This document shows positions 62,982-64,000 of a DNA stretch of 64,000 nucleotides, piece by piece. Source of the stretch: Vicinamibacterales bacterium (GTDB taxonomy: Bacteria > Acidobacteriota > Vicinamibacteria > Vicinamibacterales > CAVVIG01). The notes below the pieces were generated by a model. That model worked only from the letters and a program-made list of their open reading frames with translations. It ran no database searches and was not told the origin of the DNA. The translations under genes were made by a program, and so were the position numbers. How positions within the stretch are numbered: position 1 is the stretch's first letter; the number at the start of each line of letters is the position of its first letter. The stretch is from positions 25,130 to 89,129 of the forward strand of contig DASRGT010000017.1 in NCBI GenBank assembly GCA_035650895.1, written 5' to 3'.

Positions 62982-63317
62982 ATGGCCGCCGCCGATCGCT
63001 CCGACCTCCTCCAGGGCACGCTCGACATGCTGATTCTGAAGACGCTCGACGCGTCGCCGCTCCACGGCTACGCGATCGCGCAGCAGATCAATCGGACATC
63101 GCGCGCGCTGCTGCACGTCCCGCAGGGCTCGCTGTACCCGGCGCTGCACCGGCTCGAGAACAGAGGATGGCTCGACGCGCAGTGGACCGAGACGGAGTCG
63201 GGGCGCGAGGCGAAGGTGTACAAGCTGACCCGCAAGGGGCGCGCGCGGCTCGAGACCGAAATCGCCGGCTGGCGGCGCCTGACCGAAGGGATCGCGCTGG
63301 TTCTGGAGGGCGCATGA
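62982..63317 (+). CDS. PadR-family transcriptional regulator
   Basis: ORF 62982..63317. LDMLILKTL..HGYAIAQQI......VPQGSLYPALHRLENRGWL. Confidence 0.9.
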   Translation: MAAADRSDLLQGTLDMLILKTLDASPLHGYAIAQQINRTSRALLHVPQGSLYPALHRLENRGWLDAQWTETESGREAKVYKLTRKGRARLETEIAGWRRLTEGIALVLEGA

Positions 63318-64000
63318 ACTGGGTGATGCGCGTCTGGCATCGCGACCGGCTGGATCGCGACCTCGACAAGGAGCTCCGCTTTCACGTCGACGAAGAGACG
63401 CAGCGCCTCGTCGCCGGCGGCATGCGGCCCGACGATGCGCGCCGGACGGCGATGGCCGCGTTCGGCGGCATCGAGCCGATCAAGGAAGCGGCGCGCGACG
63501 TGCGCGGGTCGCGATGGCTCGAGGATCTCGTCCAGGACGCGCGATACGCCGCGCGGACGATGCGGCGCGCGCCGGTCTTCGCCACCGCGGCGGTGCTGTC
63601 GCTGGCGATCGGGATCGGCGCCAACACCGCCGTCTTCGGCGTCGTCGACGCATTGCTGTTGCGGCCGCTGCCGGTGCCCGACGCTGGGGAGCTGTCGTAC
63701 GCCGTTCGCACCGGGCCGTCGACCGACGGCCAGATGCTGCAGGCGCGTTCGCGTTTTTCGTACCCCGCCGCGCAGCGCTTTGCGGCGGAACTGCAGGCGG
63801 TCCACGGCCGCGTGGGCGCGATGGCAGCGGTGACGCGCATGCAGGTGACGGCCGGCGCCGACGATCAGGCGGAACTCGTCCTCGGCCAGCTCGTGGGCGG
63901 CAGCTGGTTCGGCGTCCTCGGCGTCGCGGCGCAGCGCGGACGCCTCCTCGCCGAGGCGGACGACGTCGACATCGGCGGCGCTCCGGTGGCCGTGATCAGC
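63314..64000 (+). CDS. ADOP-type permease with an N-terminal prefix domain (5' part, continues beyond the window end)
   Basis: ATG 63314 (ATGA overlap with the padR stop). DRDLDKELRFHVDE prefix, then RRAPVFATAAVLSLAIGIGANTAVFGVVDALLLRPLP. Confidence 0.85.
   Translation, partial: MNWVMRVWHRDRLDRDLDKELRFHVDEETQRLVAGGMRPDDARRTAMAAFGGIEPIKEAARDVRGSRWLEDLVQDARYAARTMRRAPVFATAAVLSLAIGIGANTAVFGVVDALLLRPLPVPDAGELSYAVRTGPSTDGQMLQARSRFSYPAAQRFAAELQAVHGRVGAMAAVTRMQVTAGADDQAELVLGQLVGGSWFGVLGVAAQRGRLLAEADDVDIGGAPVAVIS

Noticed and set aside
1-64000. A search for tRNA, rRNA, riboswitch-sized leaders, integrases, transposases, toxin-antitoxin pairs and phage genes.
   Set aside because: Every intergenic region is 153 bp or shorter and none showed cloverleaf-like or long structured-leader potential by eye. 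No product resembled recombinases or phage proteins. A covariance-model scan (Infernal/tRNAscan-SE) would be needed for a definitive negative.

Overview
High-GC (by eye about two-thirds or more G+C), gene-dense chromosomal segment. I call about 57 protein-coding genes. I found no rRNA, tRNA, CRISPR array or recognisable mobile element. All intergenic gaps are shorter than 160 bp. Repeated PadR + 'duplicated orphan permease' (ADOP, MacB/FtsX-like) pairs point to an Acidobacteriota-type genome. Three kinds of genes dominate. (1) Exported hydrolases: M28 x2, M49, M29, M19, an amidohydrolase, MBL x2, alpha/beta hydrolases. (2) Periplasmic redox proteins: an octahaem cytochrome c, two TlpA-like redoxins, a blue-copper lipoprotein, a di-haem peroxidase-like protein, a sulfite-oxidase-family molybdoenzyme. 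(3) Signalling modules: a REC protein with a Cys-rich tail, an orphan CheY, LiaF-like/LytS/LytTR, an ECF sigma + Ser/Thr kinase, a YtrA-type GntR + ABC transporter, two PadR regulators. The best leads are listed here. (a) An ECF sigma/TPR Ser-Thr kinase pair lies between a Tat-exported sulfite-oxidase-family enzyme and a di-haem peroxidase-like protein. (b) Four ADOP permease paralogs fall into two classes, with a duplicated 19-bp inverted-repeat operator in front of one PadR. (c) A response regulator has a CxxC..H..H..CxxC tail as its only output. (d) A 68-bp GTAC-rich palindromic tandem repeat sits between convergent genes. (e) A 2-oxoacid:ferredoxin oxidoreductase is compacted into delta-alpha and beta-gamma fusion genes and coupled to a CoA-transferase. 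(f) Several divergent gene pairs are separated by 0-33 bp around a central TAnnnT-like box, which implies leaderless transcription. All functional calls rest on motif recognition by eye. No database search was run.
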